Assembly (NCBI GenBank): GCA_963715945.1
Contig: CAVQSL010000007.1
Span: 123,997 to 187,996, forward strand
Length of the DNA stretch: 64,000 bases
Direction: 5' to 3'
Origin: an uncultured bacterium
Lineage (GTDB): Bacteria; Fidelibacterota; Marinisomatia; Marinisomatales; JAHJCW01
Shown: positions 20,142-31,650 of the stretch, in pieces
How the letters are laid out: the number at the start of each line of letters is the position of its first letter
How positions within the stretch are numbered: position 1 is the first letter of the stretch
Notes under the pieces: model-generated
The model's database searches: none
The model's input: the letters and a program-made list of their open reading frames with translations, nothing else
Told to the model about the DNA's origin: nothing
Translations under genes and position numbers: made by a program

Positions 20142-20685
20142 TTATTTATTTCTTTTATTCGGTCTTGCACGTATCTGTTCACGCAGATCCTGTGTAAATC
20201 GATTTTTAAATGTTACAAATTTTGCTCTTTGTGCATTATCTAAGATTCCTTTCAATTCATTCATAAAACGTGTTTTCTCATCTACTTTCTGTTTCTCAAG
20301 TTCATGCACTATGTTGATTGTTTTATTGAGATCACTATCCGAAATTTCCTTTCCATCCTCAAGCTTATCTCTTAATTCTTTTGCGGCGATTATTATTTTT
20401 GCATCAATTTTTTCGACATACTTCACGATGCGCTCTCAGTAGTGGAAAGAATTTATCTGCTTGCTCAGGTGTAAGATCAAGATCTTCGGTTAATTTCCAA
20501 GTCATCATCATTTCCATCCGTTCTTGTGATGGACCATGGTCTTGGAAAGCAGGATGTGGATTATTCATCATACCGAATGCACCAAATGATTTATGTATTA
20601 ACTGCGAGGACTTCTCACCTATCGGCTGTGCAATAATAAAAGTCAGTAAGACCATCATAATTGTTATATATTTTATTGTTTTCAT
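20142..20685 (-). CDS. Periplasmic Spy/CpxP-family (LTXXQ motif) protein, apparent frameshift near 20415
   Basis: ORFs 20404..20685 (signal peptide, LDLTPEQADKFFP) and 20142..20426 together align with the paralogue at 21727..22245. Confidence 0.6.
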
Positions 20686-20687
20686 TT

Positions 20688-21056
20688 TTAATTCTCCATG
20701 CTAATATTTTCACTATTTACTTCGTAATAAAATTCCATTGTTGACCAAATATCTTCGCTTTGGTCAGCGAGATAAATCATTAGATCATCATAATACTCAT
20801 CAATCATTTCTTCACTAAGCTCAGCATCTGCATAGTATTGATTATATTGAATATCCGATGCATTGTTTCTTAATTGAGTAAACGTAAATATACCAATAAT
20901 CAAAATGACTGCCATAGCTGATATTCCGTAGGAAATACGTTGCTGTTTACGTATTTTATTTTCACGTGTACGATGCAACTTATCTAAGAAATTGTCTGCA
21001 TCAATATGATTTTGATCTTCAGAAAATAAATTTTGAATTTGTTTTTCAATATTCAT
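20688..21056 (-). CDS. Putative anti-sigma factor (single-pass membrane protein)
   Basis: 122-aa ORF overlapping the sigma gene stop by 4 nt, with one TM helix (ISAMAVILIIGIFTF). The call rests on position only. Confidence 0.45.
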   Translation of the reverse strand: MNIEKQIQNLFSEDQNHIDADNFLDKLHRTRENKIRKQQRISYGISAMAVILIIGIFTFTQLRNNASDIQYNQYYADAELSEEMIDEYYDDLMIYLADQSEDIWSTMEFYYEVNSENISMEN

Positions 21057-21580
21057 TTCACATTTCCTAATTGTTTTTTTAACTGATTAATACCGTAATG
21101 ATAACTAGTTTTAACTGCGCTTTCACTTATGCCAATGATAGAGGCAATATCTTTATGTGGCATATTCTGTGCTACCCGCATTGTTACTACCATTCTCTGC
21201 GTTTTAGGCAGCTTTGCGATAGCATTCCATAGTTCCTGCTTAGTCCAATCGGACTCTGCTCCTGGACTGTCATCAATTTGCTCGGGACTGTCGTCAATAT
21301 GCAACCATTTGCGCCATTTGCTTCGTCCCAAATAATTATTTGCTGCGTTGATGTTAACTCGATATAAATATGTTTTAAAATTTGCTTCAAATCTAAACTT
21401 TTTAAGACTTTTGTATAATTTAAGGAAAACATCCTGTGCCAAATCTTCTGCATCCATTGGGTCATTTGTGATCTTGACAAAAAAGTGATAGGTTTCATCA
21501 AGGTACCGCCGCACCAATTCATCGAAAGCTGTAACGCTTCCGTTTTGATATTGTCGGATGAGTTCATTGTCGTTTTTCAT
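21053..21580 (-). CDS. ECF-type RNA polymerase sigma-70 family factor
   Basis: 175-aa ORF with region 2 (AEDLAQDVFLKLYKSL) and a region 4 HTH (RMVVTMRVAQNMPHKDIASIIGISESAVKTSYHYGINQLK). Confidence 0.85.
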   Translation of the reverse strand: MKNDNELIRQYQNGSVTAFDELVRRYLDETYHFFVKITNDPMDAEDLAQDVFLKLYKSLKKFRFEANFKTYLYRVNINAANNYLGRSKWRKWLHIDDSPEQIDDSPGAESDWTKQELWNAIAKLPKTQRMVVTMRVAQNMPHKDIASIIGISESAVKTSYHYGINQLKKQLGNVK

Positions 21581-21666
21581 CTTTCATTAACAATTTAGAC
21601 ACAGATTGTACAAATAAGTTAAATATTAAATGTAGAATTTATATTAATGTTTCTACTCTATGTTAG

Positions 21667-21698
21667 AAAAGCCCCGCATATTGTAGGGCTTTTCTTTA
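21667..21698 (-). terminator. Candidate terminator after the upstream LTXXQ gene
   Basis: AAAAGCCCCGCA-TAT-TGTAGGGCTTTT (8-bp stem, one mismatch). Confidence 0.5.
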
Positions 21699-21726
21699 AC
21701 TAACCATTGTTAAGGAGTTGACTATG

Positions 21727-22245
21727 TTATCTATGTCTTTTCTGAGCTCTCTTATCTTTTTCCATCATTTTTTCATGTCTAAAATCTTTTGGTGCAATTG
21801 CTAATTTGGCAATTTGTGTATTATCTAATACATCATTTAAACTGTAAATAAATTTATCACGTTCATCAGATATTTTATTCTGCAAGACACTTACTTTTAT
21901 TAAAACATTCTTGAGTTCAGTATCGGATATTTCTTTTTCATCTTTAATCTTATCTCGTAAAACTTCACTAGTCTCAAATATTTCTTTGTTTAACATATCA
22001 ACTATCGCACGATGTTCCCTCATCTTCGGGAAAAACTTTTCAGCTTGTTCGGTGGTTAATTCAAGATGCTGAGTAAGTTTGAATGCCATCATTTGTTCTC
22101 TATTTTCACCTTTGTGTTCTCTATCCATCATTGCCATTTTTTTAGGTTTTTGCATCATTCTTGAGTTACGGCATGCTCTGGGTTGGGCAAATACACTTGA
22201 AACTAAAATTATGCCAATTATTAATAAATGTTGTCTTTTTCATTT
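21727..22245 (-). CDS. Periplasmic Spy/CpxP-family (LTXXQ motif) protein, paralogue of 20142..20685
   Basis: ORF 21727..22158 has LELTTEQAEKFFP. An upstream ATG at 22245 would encode the signal peptide MKRQHLLIIGIILVSSVFAQP only if one A of an A5 run is removed. Confidence 0.6.
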
Positions 22246-22385
22246 TTTTATTCCTATTTCATTTTTATTGAATCTTTCAATATTCATCTCTCTTCACGCA
22301 TTTAGACACTGAGCATCGCAAAAAGGTTAAAATGTTTTTTCAAGATAAATTTCGCATATTCTTATAACCACTGTTAATTTTAGAT

Positions 22386-25360
22386 ATGATTTATAAGCGC
22401 GGAACGTTTACAGCTAACAAGTCGCAAAGTATTGCGATTACATATCCACTCGCTCCACTAATGTTAATCGCAGGTGCGGGAACAGGTAAAACCACTACTC
22501 TGCTCCACCGAATTTATTATTTGATTGAGCATTATAAACTCAAACCGGAGAATATTCTTACGATTACTTATACCGAAAAAGCCGCCGAGGAACTCAAACT
22601 GCGTATTGTTAAAACGATTGGCGATACCGCTAAAGCGATGACGATCAGCACCTTCCATGCTTTTTGTTATAATATCGTTAAGGAACACCAAAATTCCCAC
22701 AATTCCGCACCAATCCTAATGGAAGATGGCGATGCAATTTATCTGTTTCTGCAAAAGTTTGACGAATTAGGTCCATTTGAATCACGTTTATTCGTAACCG
22801 ATCCAGTCAAATCGATTACCAAGAGTTTTATTCCTTTTATCAACCGATTAAGAGATGAATTGATCGACCCAAGTACAAAACCAAATCCAATAATTGATGA
22901 TGATGTATCAGAAGAAACAATCGCCCAACTGAATGATTTAAAACGGATCTATCCGCTATATCAAAAATGGAAGAAAGATCAAAACTTTGTTGATTTTGGC
23001 GATATGATACTTAAGTGTTATGAACTCCTGACAATCTGATGAAAAAGTATTGAAAAGCGTCCAAGACCAATATAAATACATAATTATCGATGAATTTCAA
23101 GATAACAATTATGCATTAAATGAAGTTGTTGGTCAAATCGTAGGATAAATCTGGTCAACTTACAGTTGTAGGTGATGAAGATCAGGTAGTTTACAGTTTC
23201 CGAGGAGCAAGTAAATACAATATTTCATCATTTAGGGAAAGATATAAACATCATAATAGTTATTCTGAAATTTCCTTGGAAGAGAATTTCCGTTCTACTC
23301 AACAAATTCTTGATGTAGCAAATAATTCAATCTCAAATACTAAAGATAGAGAACCTAAACATTTAATAGCTTTCGGTAATAAATCCGGTTCAAAACCGCA
23401 ATTAATTCAATCCGATAATAATTTTCATCCACAGATTATTACCGAAGGAATTAAGGAATTATCTAATACATTTGAATACAAAGACATTGCAGTCCTCTGT
23501 AGAACAAAGGCACAGGTTAAAACTATTTCAGAATATTTGACACGTAATCAGATACCTACTCGCACTTATTTGATTAATTATTTTGAGATTCCTGAGATAA
23601 AAGATTTACTTGCTTGGTGTAATGTAATTGCTGAAACTGAAAATCAAGATGCAGGCTTATATCGATTAATTTCAAGATTAATTGATGAAAATACTGCCAA
23701 CAATGTATTCAGCCAATTTTCAAAGAGGGATTACACATCTCGATTTGAATTAATTAGAAACTATTCAGATTCAGATTTATCAAATCTAATTGATAAAATA
23801 ATTCAATTACGTAATTTGAATAAAAAGAAAAATGGTTCAGAAATGGTATGGGAAATATGTTTACAATCTAATATTTTTAAACCATTAATAAATAATTACG
23901 AATGGCAGGACCAATTAGCAATTCTAAATATCGGACAATTCATTGATCGTTCAGTTAATTTTACCACAAGACATCAAAATGATAATTCTTTAAGATCGTT
24001 TACCAAATACATGACTGTTTTGCAAAAAGCAAACGGAATACAGGCAAAATATCCCAATGAGAAATACGTTTCTCAAACTGTGCTTAGTAAATACAATTCA
24101 TGGTGTAAAAGGCAGTGAATTTCCGATTGTATTTATTCCATTTAATAGATCGGCAAGTTTTCCGTTGAATTTTAGGACAAATGAACTGACAGATTTTCCA
24201 CCGATTAATTGGATATCACACAACAACGATGAACAACTTTCTGTCGAAAGAATTGCATATCGAAGAAGAAAGAAGATTGTTTTATGTAGGCATTACAAGA
24301 TCTAAAGAATTACTTTATTTATTAGCTCCAAATAAAGCTACATCAATATTTATTAAAGAATTAAACAAAGATTTATTAAAGGTAATTGATATGGAAAATG
24401 ATAACATTAATAAACATATAAATAGTTATTCATCATTACGGGACAAATATGAAAAGCGTCTGCTAAATACTCTGAATCAGAACCAGTTTACTATTTCCAA
24501 AGATATTTTGAGTGCAATTGAAAGAATTGAACAAATTGAAAAAGGTGAAATCGTTAGATTGGACAAATACTGATTGGGAGATAGAATTAAAATCGCAAAT
24601 TCGAGAACCATTACAATCCAAAATTCCGGAGAAGCTCAATCTATCAGCAAGTTCCATCGAAACTTACGAACAATGTCCATTAAAATATCGTTTAGGTAAT
24701 ATTGATAAAATTCCACAAGTAAGCAGTAAACCTCAGTTAACCTTTGGAAACATTATTCACAAGGTATTGGAACAATTCCACCGTCCGAATAGTGAGCAAT
24801 CAAAAGAACGATTATTAAAATTATTGAATGATAATTGGGAATCCTTAGGTTTTGACTACGAAACACAAGAACAAGATTTTAAAAAACAAGGAGTTGAAAT
24901 ATTAACAAATTATTTTGATGAATTTAATTAGAAATCCAGTTGAAATAGTACAAAGAGAATATCCATTCTCCTTTGAAATTCAAGATATAATAATTAATGG
25001 TAAAATTGATCGAATCGATAAAGGTGAAGATGGATATAGTGTAATCGATTATAAAACAAGCAAGAATACTACTAAAGCTGAAAAAAGTGTACAGTTAGCA
25101 ATCTATTCTATGTTCTTGCAGCAGGAAAAACAGCTTGATTTCCGTGGAATACCGGAATCTGCTCACTCTATTTTTTACGCGAAAAGGATGAACCGTTGAG
25201 AACTCACAAATTCACTTCTACTGAATTGCAGGAATTGCAAAATAAAATAATTGAAGTTGGAAAAAACATTAGAAATCAAGAATTCAAACCATGCAAAGGT
25301 TTTCATTGCGATTGGTGCGACTATAAGAATTTGTTATGTCCGGAGTGGGAAGAAAAATAG
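22386..25360 (+). pseudogene. UvrD/PcrA/AddA-type helicase with C-terminal PD-(D/E)XK nuclease, at least seven frame breaks
   Basis: Walker A AGAGTGKTTT, IIIDEFQDNN, VVGDEDQVVYSFRGAS, EENFRSTQQIL, TIHGVKGSEFPIVFIPF, RRLFYVGITRSKE, then a nuclease part (GKIDRID...VIDYKTSK) and a Cys cluster (CKGFHCDWCDYKNLC). These are spread over nine fragments in all three frames. Confidence 0.7.
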
Positions 25361-25368
25361 AATAAGTG

Positions 25369-25816
25369 TCAATTTGGCAATTTACCGAGTATTTTCCATA
25401 ACCAACGATGAAACTTATGGAATGAACCAACCGGTTTCGCAAACATTAATATACATTGATTATGAACAACATTAATTCCATTGTCCTTACAATATTGAAT
25501 AGCGGAATCCGATTGTGCACCTTGCTGTAGCCACACATTTTTTATTCCCGTTTCATGCGCAGATCTTACTACTTTTTCCGCTTCCGATGGTTGAACGGAT
25601 ATTAATACTCCATCAATATGGCTTTGCAATATCCATAAAATTAGCAAAGCATTGAGCTCCATCGATCTTCTTTCCTTTTGGATGTATCGGATATAATTTA
25701 AAATTTTTCTGTGACAGTTCTTTATAAGCCAAATTACCAAATTTGGCATTTTTGGCAGACATACCTACAATTGCAATATTCTTACATTGTAGAAACTTTT
25801 CTATTGCGTGCTTCAA
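25369..25816 (-). CDS. CoA-binding domain protein (YccU/YneT-like), apparent frameshift near 25620
   Basis: N-terminal fragment KNIAIVGMSAKNAKFGNLAYKEL...YPIHPKG and C-terminal fragment VWLQQGAQSDSAIQYCKDNGINVVHNQCI lie in different frames. Confidence 0.6.
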
Positions 25817-26250
25817 TTCTTAATCTCCAATAGCCAAGAACCAATTGAACAAACCCACTGAAGTCATCTGCCTTAAAGAAAACCTTATTTGGTATTGCTC
25901 TGTTTTTCAAACTATCAACAGGGGCAACGTTTATGTTGCTATTAAGTATATATCGATTTAATAAGGAATCGTTAGAATTATATATTTCAAAATATGAGGT
26001 ATCATTAGCTTTTCCTGCAAAATTAGTAACAATTAATACTGTTGTTAAACTCAATTGGATTTTGATTAGGAAATGTCAAATTGTAATTTTCTTCAGTCGA
26101 ATAATTTTCTGCTTGTAATGAAAATGTGAACGCATCATTTGTATTAACAATAATCGGTGTATTTTTAGATAATCCATCTAATGGCTCTTCAGGTCCCACG
26201 CATGACAATATTAGAATCAATGAAATGAGTATTATTACAATTTTCTTCAT
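25782..26250 (-). CDS. Hypothetical lipoprotein, apparent frameshift near 26040
   Basis: Lipobox-like N-terminus (LILILSC). Two overlapping ORFs continue one another. No recognisable family. Confidence 0.35.
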
Positions 26251-26255
26251 AAGAA

Positions 26256-27350
26256 TTATTCCTCTAATTCATTAATTTGATTTAATTTCAATTCACCAAT
26301 TTTTTCCATGGGTTTTTCTAGTTGTCTTGACCTAGTTGTAATAAGTTCTTCATAATGCTTTTGAACAACTCCCAACGATTTACCCATAGTATCCATTTTG
26401 TCAACAAATAATGTCCATTGTTTTGCAAAAGCGCCAATTAATTTTTGCATCTCCCCTGCTTGTCTCTCCATCGCAAAATTCGATACTGCTTGTCGAATTA
26501 GCGATAAAACCGCATAGAGTGTAATTGGCGAGCACAATATAATTTTATTCTCTAACGAGAAATCGATTAAATCTTTATCCTCTTGATTTAAAAATATATA
26601 AATACTTTCATTTGGAATGAACATTAATACATAATCTACTGTTCCGCCTTCAGTATCAATATAACTCCGCTTTGCGATGGATTTTACGTGGTTCCTAACA
26701 TCCGTAATAAACTGCTTCTTCTCAGAATTTTTGTCAGATTCTGATTCTGCTGACAGATAATTTTCATAATGACTCAATGGAAATTTTACATCCATATTTA
26801 CATGTTTGGACTGAGGTAAATAGAACGTATAATCAGGCCTATCAGGTCCTTCTTGAGACTGCTTTTTATAGTTCAATCCTTCGGTCAAACCAATAAAATT
26901 TAAAATGTCCTCTACCATTCTTTCCCCCCACTGTCCACGGGCCTGTGAACTAGAAAGAATTTGCCTTAATGCACTAGTGGTGTCGGTCAAACGGTTAATA
27001 CCTAGGTTAGAGTTCTCCATTTGACCTTTTAAAGCAATCGTTTCTTTTGCTAAACGCTCCAAGTGTCCCTTCATTTCATTGATAGTGGAATCAATTAGTT
27101 TTTTCTTTTCGTCTAATTGTTGTCCTGATGATTTGGAAAGATTCTCAAATTGGTTACGAGCTAATTCAAAAAACGATCGTTGATTGCTATCCAACGCCTC
27201 ACGTGAAAGACTGCTAAAAGCGTCTTTTAACTCGTCTTCACTTTTTTTAATTGAATTAATTTCGCGCTGCCTCATAAACCATACAAATAGTGATCCGACT
27301 ACCAATCCAGTAATAAATATTATTATTTCAATTATATATAGCATCATCAC
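26256..27350 (-). CDS. rmuC: DNA recombination protein RmuC
   Basis: 364-aa ORF with an N-terminal TM helix, a coiled-coil region and a C-terminal RmuC-type region (VDYVLMFIPNESIY). Confidence 0.8.
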   Translation of the reverse strand: MMMLYIIEIIIFITGLVVGSLFVWFMRQREINSIKKSEDELKDAFSSLSREALDSNQRSFFELARNQFENLSKSSGQQLDEKKKLIDSTINEMKGHLERLAKETIALKGQMENSNLGINRLTDTTSALRQILSSSQARGQWGERMVEDILNFIGLTEGLNYKKQSQEGPDRPDYTFYLPQSKHVNMDVKFPLSHYENYLSAESESDKNSEKKQFITDVRNHVKSIAKRSYIDTEGGTVDYVLMFIPNESIYIFLNQEDKDLIDFSLENKIILCSPITLYAVLSLIRQAVSNFAMERQAGEMQKLIGAFAKQWTLFVDKMDTMGKSLGVVQKHYEELITTRSRQLEKPMEKIGELKLNQINELEE

Positions 27351-27384
27351 TCACTTTATTAACACTAAAATTCGTATAACCTCT

Positions 27385-27954
27385 TTATTCACCGGCCAAT
27401 CCTAATTCAGATGCTTTTTCTTTGAGGGCATCTATTACAAATTGAATATGTTCGGTTCTATCAACTCCCAATTCTTCAATTCCTTTATTTATGTCTTCCC
27501 TGCTTACTTTTGCAGCAAAGCCTTTATCTTTTAATTTTTTTATAACAGATTTCGGTTTTACCTCAGTAATTGACTTTGAAGGTCGTACATATGTCACAGC
27601 AAATATGAATCCTGCCAATTCATCGCATGCGAAAAGTGTCTTTGCCAATAATGTTTTTCTGGCAACACCCGTATAATCTGCATGCCCCATGATAGCTTCT
27701 AAAATATCTTCTTCGTAACCTAGTTCTTTAAGTATTTTATTTCCAACAAAGGGATGTTCTTCAGCAGTAGGATATTTTTCATAATCAAAATCATGTAATA
27801 ATCCGGTAATTCCCCATTTGTCATCGTCTTCACCGAATTTTTCAGCATATTTGCGCATCACTTGCTCAAGAGCATAAGCATGCTTAAGTAAGGAATCAGA
27901 TTTGGTATATTCTTGAAGAATATTTAATGCTTTGGTACGATCATATTTGTTCAT
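27385..27954 (-). CDS. HD-domain phosphohydrolase family protein
   Basis: 189-aa ORF with LLHDFDY and MGHADY His/Asp motifs of the HD superfamily. Confidence 0.65.
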   Translation of the reverse strand: MNKYDRTKALNILQEYTKSDSLLKHAYALEQVMRKYAEKFGEDDDKWGITGLLHDFDYEKYPTAEEHPFVGNKILKELGYEEDILEAIMGHADYTGVARKTLLAKTLFACDELAGFIFAVTYVRPSKSITEVKPKSVIKKLKDKGFAAKVSREDINKGIEELGVDRTEHIQFVIDALKEKASELGLAGE

Positions 27955-28017
27955 AGTTAAATTCTGAATACTGATAGTTTCAACAATAAGCCAAAGCTAT
28001 CAGTTCCGATATCTCTA

Positions 28018-29484
28018 TTAACTCAATATCAAATCTAAAACTAATCGAATATTGGCACCGGTAGCACCCTTTTTATACAATAATGAATTGTCTTTTTGCT
28101 TATAGGCCGTCCCAGCTATATCAAAATGCACCCATGGGATACCTTCGCCAACGAATTCCTTTAAAAATGCGCCGGCGGCGATTGTTCCTGCCTCTCGAGC
28201 CGAACCTACATTTTTAATATCGGCAATTTCTGATTTAATTTGTTCGCAATATTCATCCCAAAGTGGGAATTCCCATACTTTCTCTGCGGTATTTTTTGAA
28301 CTCTCTTTAACCTTTTCCATTAGTTTATCGTCGGTTCCCATTACCCCAGTGGCTACATGTCCTAATGCAATAACAACTGCACCTGTTAGCGTGGCAAAAT
28401 CCAACATATATTTTGGTTTATAATGTTTACTTACATAGGCTAAAGCATCAGCTAAGATCAAGCGTCCTTCCGCATCTGTATTCAACACCTCAATAGTTTT
28501 TCCATTGTAGGCAGTAAGAATATCGCCCGGTTTATATGCTTTTTCGCCATTTAAATTTTCTGTAGCAGGTACTGCAGCCACAATATTTATTTTTGGTTTT
28601 AACTGAGCAACTGCTTTCATCACTCCCAAAACTAATCCACCACCGCACATATCAAATTTCATTTCATCCATACTTGCTGATGGTTTAATTGATATTCCGC
28701 CGCTATCAAAAGTTAATCCTTTACCAACAAGACCAATCGGTTTTTCACCGACTTTACCGCCATTATACTCTAATAAAATAAACTTAGGCGGTTCTCCAGT
28801 TCCAGATGCTACACCAGCTAATCCACCCATGCCGATTTTTGCAATTTTTTCTCTATCAAATATGGTAAGCTTCATACCACCTTCCTTAGCAATTTCTTTT
28901 GCTAATTTTGCTAATTTGGTAGGAGTAGTAACATTACCTGGGTCATTTTCCATATCACGAGCGAAACAAACTGCGGATGCTATAATCGAACCTTTTTCTA
29001 AATCTTTTAAATTAGCATCGAGAACCATTGCACTTTTAACTTCAAAAAGTTCTTTATCTTGAGTTTTATATGTTAAAAATTGGTAGCTTCCTAAAATGAT
29101 ACCTTCGGCTAGCGCTTGACTATGAGATTTTTGTTCTTTGCTTCCAAACATTTCCATAGCTACTGTTTTATACTTTTTGGAGATTGCAGTTTTTATTACA
29201 GTTCCGCCAGCTAACCTTATTAAATTTCCATCAAATTTCTTTTTATCACCTAATCCTATTAATAATATTCTTTTCCCCTTTCCATGAAATAGTGTCGTTT
29301 CTCCACTTTTGCCTTTTGCGTCACCAGTTTTAATAGCGGATGAAATCTGACCATCCAAATAGTTATCTGCTTCTTTACCAATAGCAGACAACTTAAGATC
29401 TTCAAAAACCCCAATCGCGAACAATTCGGTATTTGTTTTTGAAAAAGTTGATGATGAATTTTTAACCGATTTTAGATATCCCAT
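28018..29484 (-). CDS. pepA: Leucyl aminopeptidase (M17)
   Basis: 488-aa ORF with VGKGLTFDSGG, NTDAEGRLILAD and the conserved C-terminal catalytic domain. Confidence 0.92.
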   Translation of the reverse strand: MGYLKSVKNSSSTFSKTNTELFAIGVFEDLKLSAIGKEADNYLDGQISSAIKTGDAKGKSGETTLFHGKGKRILLIGLGDKKKFDGNLIRLAGGTVIKTAISKKYKTVAMEMFGSKEQKSHSQALAEGIILGSYQFLTYKTQDKELFEVKSAMVLDANLKDLEKGSIIASAVCFARDMENDPGNVTTPTKLAKLAKEIAKEGGMKLTIFDREKIAKIGMGGLAGVASGTGEPPKFILLEYNGGKVGEKPIGLVGKGLTFDSGGISIKPSASMDEMKFDMCGGGLVLGVMKAVAQLKPKINIVAAVPATENLNGEKAYKPGDILTAYNGKTIEVLNTDAEGRLILADALAYVSKHYKPKYMLDFATLTGAVVIALGHVATGVMGTDDKLMEKVKESSKNTAEKVWEFPLWDEYCEQIKSEIADIKNVGSAREAGTIAAGAFLKEFVGEGIPWVHFDIAGTAYKQKDNSLLYKKGATGANIRLVLDLILS

Positions 29485-29563
29485 ATTTTTCCTTAAATTA
29501 TTATTAATTATAGATTATTTATCGTAAAAGTTACTGATAATATTTTTATTCTCAATTTAAAAT

Positions 29564-29589
29564 AAAAAGGCTCCAAAGGAGCCTTTTTA
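29564..29589 (-). terminator. Rho-independent terminator downstream of acs
   Basis: AAAAAGGCTCC-AAA-GGAGCCTTTTT. Confidence 0.7.
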
Positions 29590-29607
29590 TTACTTATTGT
29601 ATTCTAT

Positions 29608-31546
29608 TTATTTACGATTCTCAACTAAAGCATCCACAACACTTGGATCGGCTAAAGTTGAAGTATCACCTAATGAATCAATTTCATTTTCTGCAATTTT
29701 TCTAAGAATTCGCCGCATGATCTTTCCTGAGCGTGTCTTAGGTAGCGAGGGTGTAAATTGGATTTTATCTGGTTTAGAGTGTGGTCCAATATCTTTGATT
29801 ACTGACTTAAGAATAGCCGATTCAATTTCGGGACTTGGTTCAACACCAGCCATTAATGTGACATAGGCATATATACCTTGTCCTTTAATATCATGTGGAA
29901 ATCCAACTACTGCAGCTTCAGCAACGCCGTCAGCTTTGCCGATTGCACCTTCTACTTCGGCAGTACCAATACGATGACCTGATACATTTAAAACGTCATC
30001 AACACGACCAGTGATCCAATAGTAACCATCTTCATCTCTTTTTGCGCCATCACCAGTGAAATAATAACCTGGGAACATTCCAAAATAAGTTTGTTTAAAA
30101 CGTTCATGGTCGCCGTATAGTGTACGCATCATGCCGGGCCAAGCTGCTTTGATAGCCAGCAATCCTGATACACCGTTGCCATCTTTTTCTTTGCCTTCTT
30201 CAGTTAAAATTACAGGTTCAACACCAAAGAATGGTAATGTTGCAGAACCTGGCTTTATCGGTGTTGCACCCGGTAAAGGTGTGATCATTATTCCGCCGGT
30301 TTCTGTCTGCCACCAAGTATCAACAATTGGGCATTTTCCCTTACCGACAATATTATAATACCAATTCCATTCCGGTTCTTTGATTGGTTCACCGACAGTA
30401 CCTAATAAGCGCAAACTGGCCAATTTGTGTTTAGTTACCCAATCATTACCTTCACGCATCAATGCACGCAGGGCTGTTGGTGCAGTGTAAAATATATTAA
30501 TGTTATGTTTATCTACTACTTCCCAAAATCTTCCAAAGTCAGGAAAGTTTGGTACGCCTTCGAACATTACAGTGGTAGCACGATTAGCAAGTGGGCCGTA
30601 AACAATGTATGAGTGTCCGGTTACCCAGCCAATATCTGCAGTACACCAATAAATATCGCCATCATGATAATCAAATACCAATTTATGCGTATATGATGCA
30701 TAAACTAAATATCCACCAGTTGTATGTAATACACCCTTAGGTTTACCGGTTGAACCGGAAGTGTATAGAATGAATAATGGATCTTCTGCATCCATTTCTT
30801 CCGGAGGACAAACATTGGAAGCTTTCGCCATTGCTTCATGCCACCAAATATCGCGACCTGATTCCATTGATACTGCTTCACCTGTTCGCTTTACAACAAA
30901 TACATGCTCAATTGAAGGAGTATCTTTTAATGCTACGTCAGCATTAACTTTCATAGGAATGTTCAATTTTGTTCCGCGAACTCCGGTATCTTGTGTAATC
31001 AGTGCTTTACATGCTGAATCATTGATTCTGTCACGCAGTGCGTCTGAAGAGAAAGCACCAAAAACTATTGAATGTACGGCACCAATACGAGCACAAGCCA
31101 ACATAGCAATTGTGAGTTGAGGAACCATTTGCATGTAAATACAAACTCTATCACCCTTTTTAATTCCATTTGATTTTAAGTACATTTGCAAATTTTGATA
31201 CCTCATCCTTTAATTGACTATATGTGAATTTGTTGTCTTCTTTAGGATTGTTACCTTCCCAAATTAAAGCTGTTTGATCTCCGTGGCCATCATCGACATG
31301 TCGATCTAAACAATTATAGGCTACGTTTAATTTTCCGCCTTCAAAGAATTTGATATTTCCTTCAACAAAGTCAAATGAGCGAACTTTATCCCATTTCTTT
31401 GTCCAGGTAATACGTTCAGCTACTTCAGCCCAAAACTTGTCTGGATTTTTAACTGATTCGTCATACATTTTTTGATACTGACCAAGGTCAGAAATCCATG
31501 CATTTTTTGACGATTCCACACTTGGTTTATATACTTTTACAGTCAC
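29608..31546 (-). CDS. acs: Acetyl-CoA synthetase (AMP-forming), one extra base in a homopolymer at 31174..31177
   Basis: ORFs 31160..31546 and 29608..31206 join as ...FANVLK|[10 protein letters not shown]. Motifs [11 protein letters not shown] and [11 protein letters not shown] are present. GTG start preceded by GGAGGAATAA. Confidence 0.9.
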
Positions 31547-31619
31547 TTATTCCTCCGAATATTTAGTATAATGGTTAGTTGTTTTCTTTAATTGAAATTT
31601 TTGTTAATAATTTATTCTT

Positions 31620-31650
31620 TAAATTTACAGAGCATATCAATTGACTTCAA
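31620..31650 (-). promoter_or_regulatory. Candidate Bacteroides-type promoter of acs (TTG-N20-TAAATTTA)
   Basis: Minus strand reads ACTTGAAGTCAATTGATATGCTCTGTAAATTTA, about 75 nt upstream of the GTG start. Resembles the TTTG/TAnnTTTG consensus described for Bacteroides sigma-A promoters. Confidence 0.3.

Noticed and set aside
25251-25475. ORF 25251..25475 (74 aa) and other short ORFs in the 23.0-25.4 kb region considered as independent genes.
   Set aside because: They are out-of-frame readings across the decayed helicase-nuclease gene. The correct frame gives the conserved CKGFHCDWCDYKNLC terminus ending at 25360.
29608-31546. Treating overlapping ORF pairs as separate small genes or as programmed ribosomal frameshifts. 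The pairs are acs 31160..31546 / 29608..31206, pntB 18686..19384 / 19329..20069, and gdhA 37599..37931 / 37909..38937.
   Set aside because: The joined translations reproduce uninterrupted conserved motifs across the junctions. No slippery heptamer or downstream structure is evident at the junctions. Indels are the simpler explanation.
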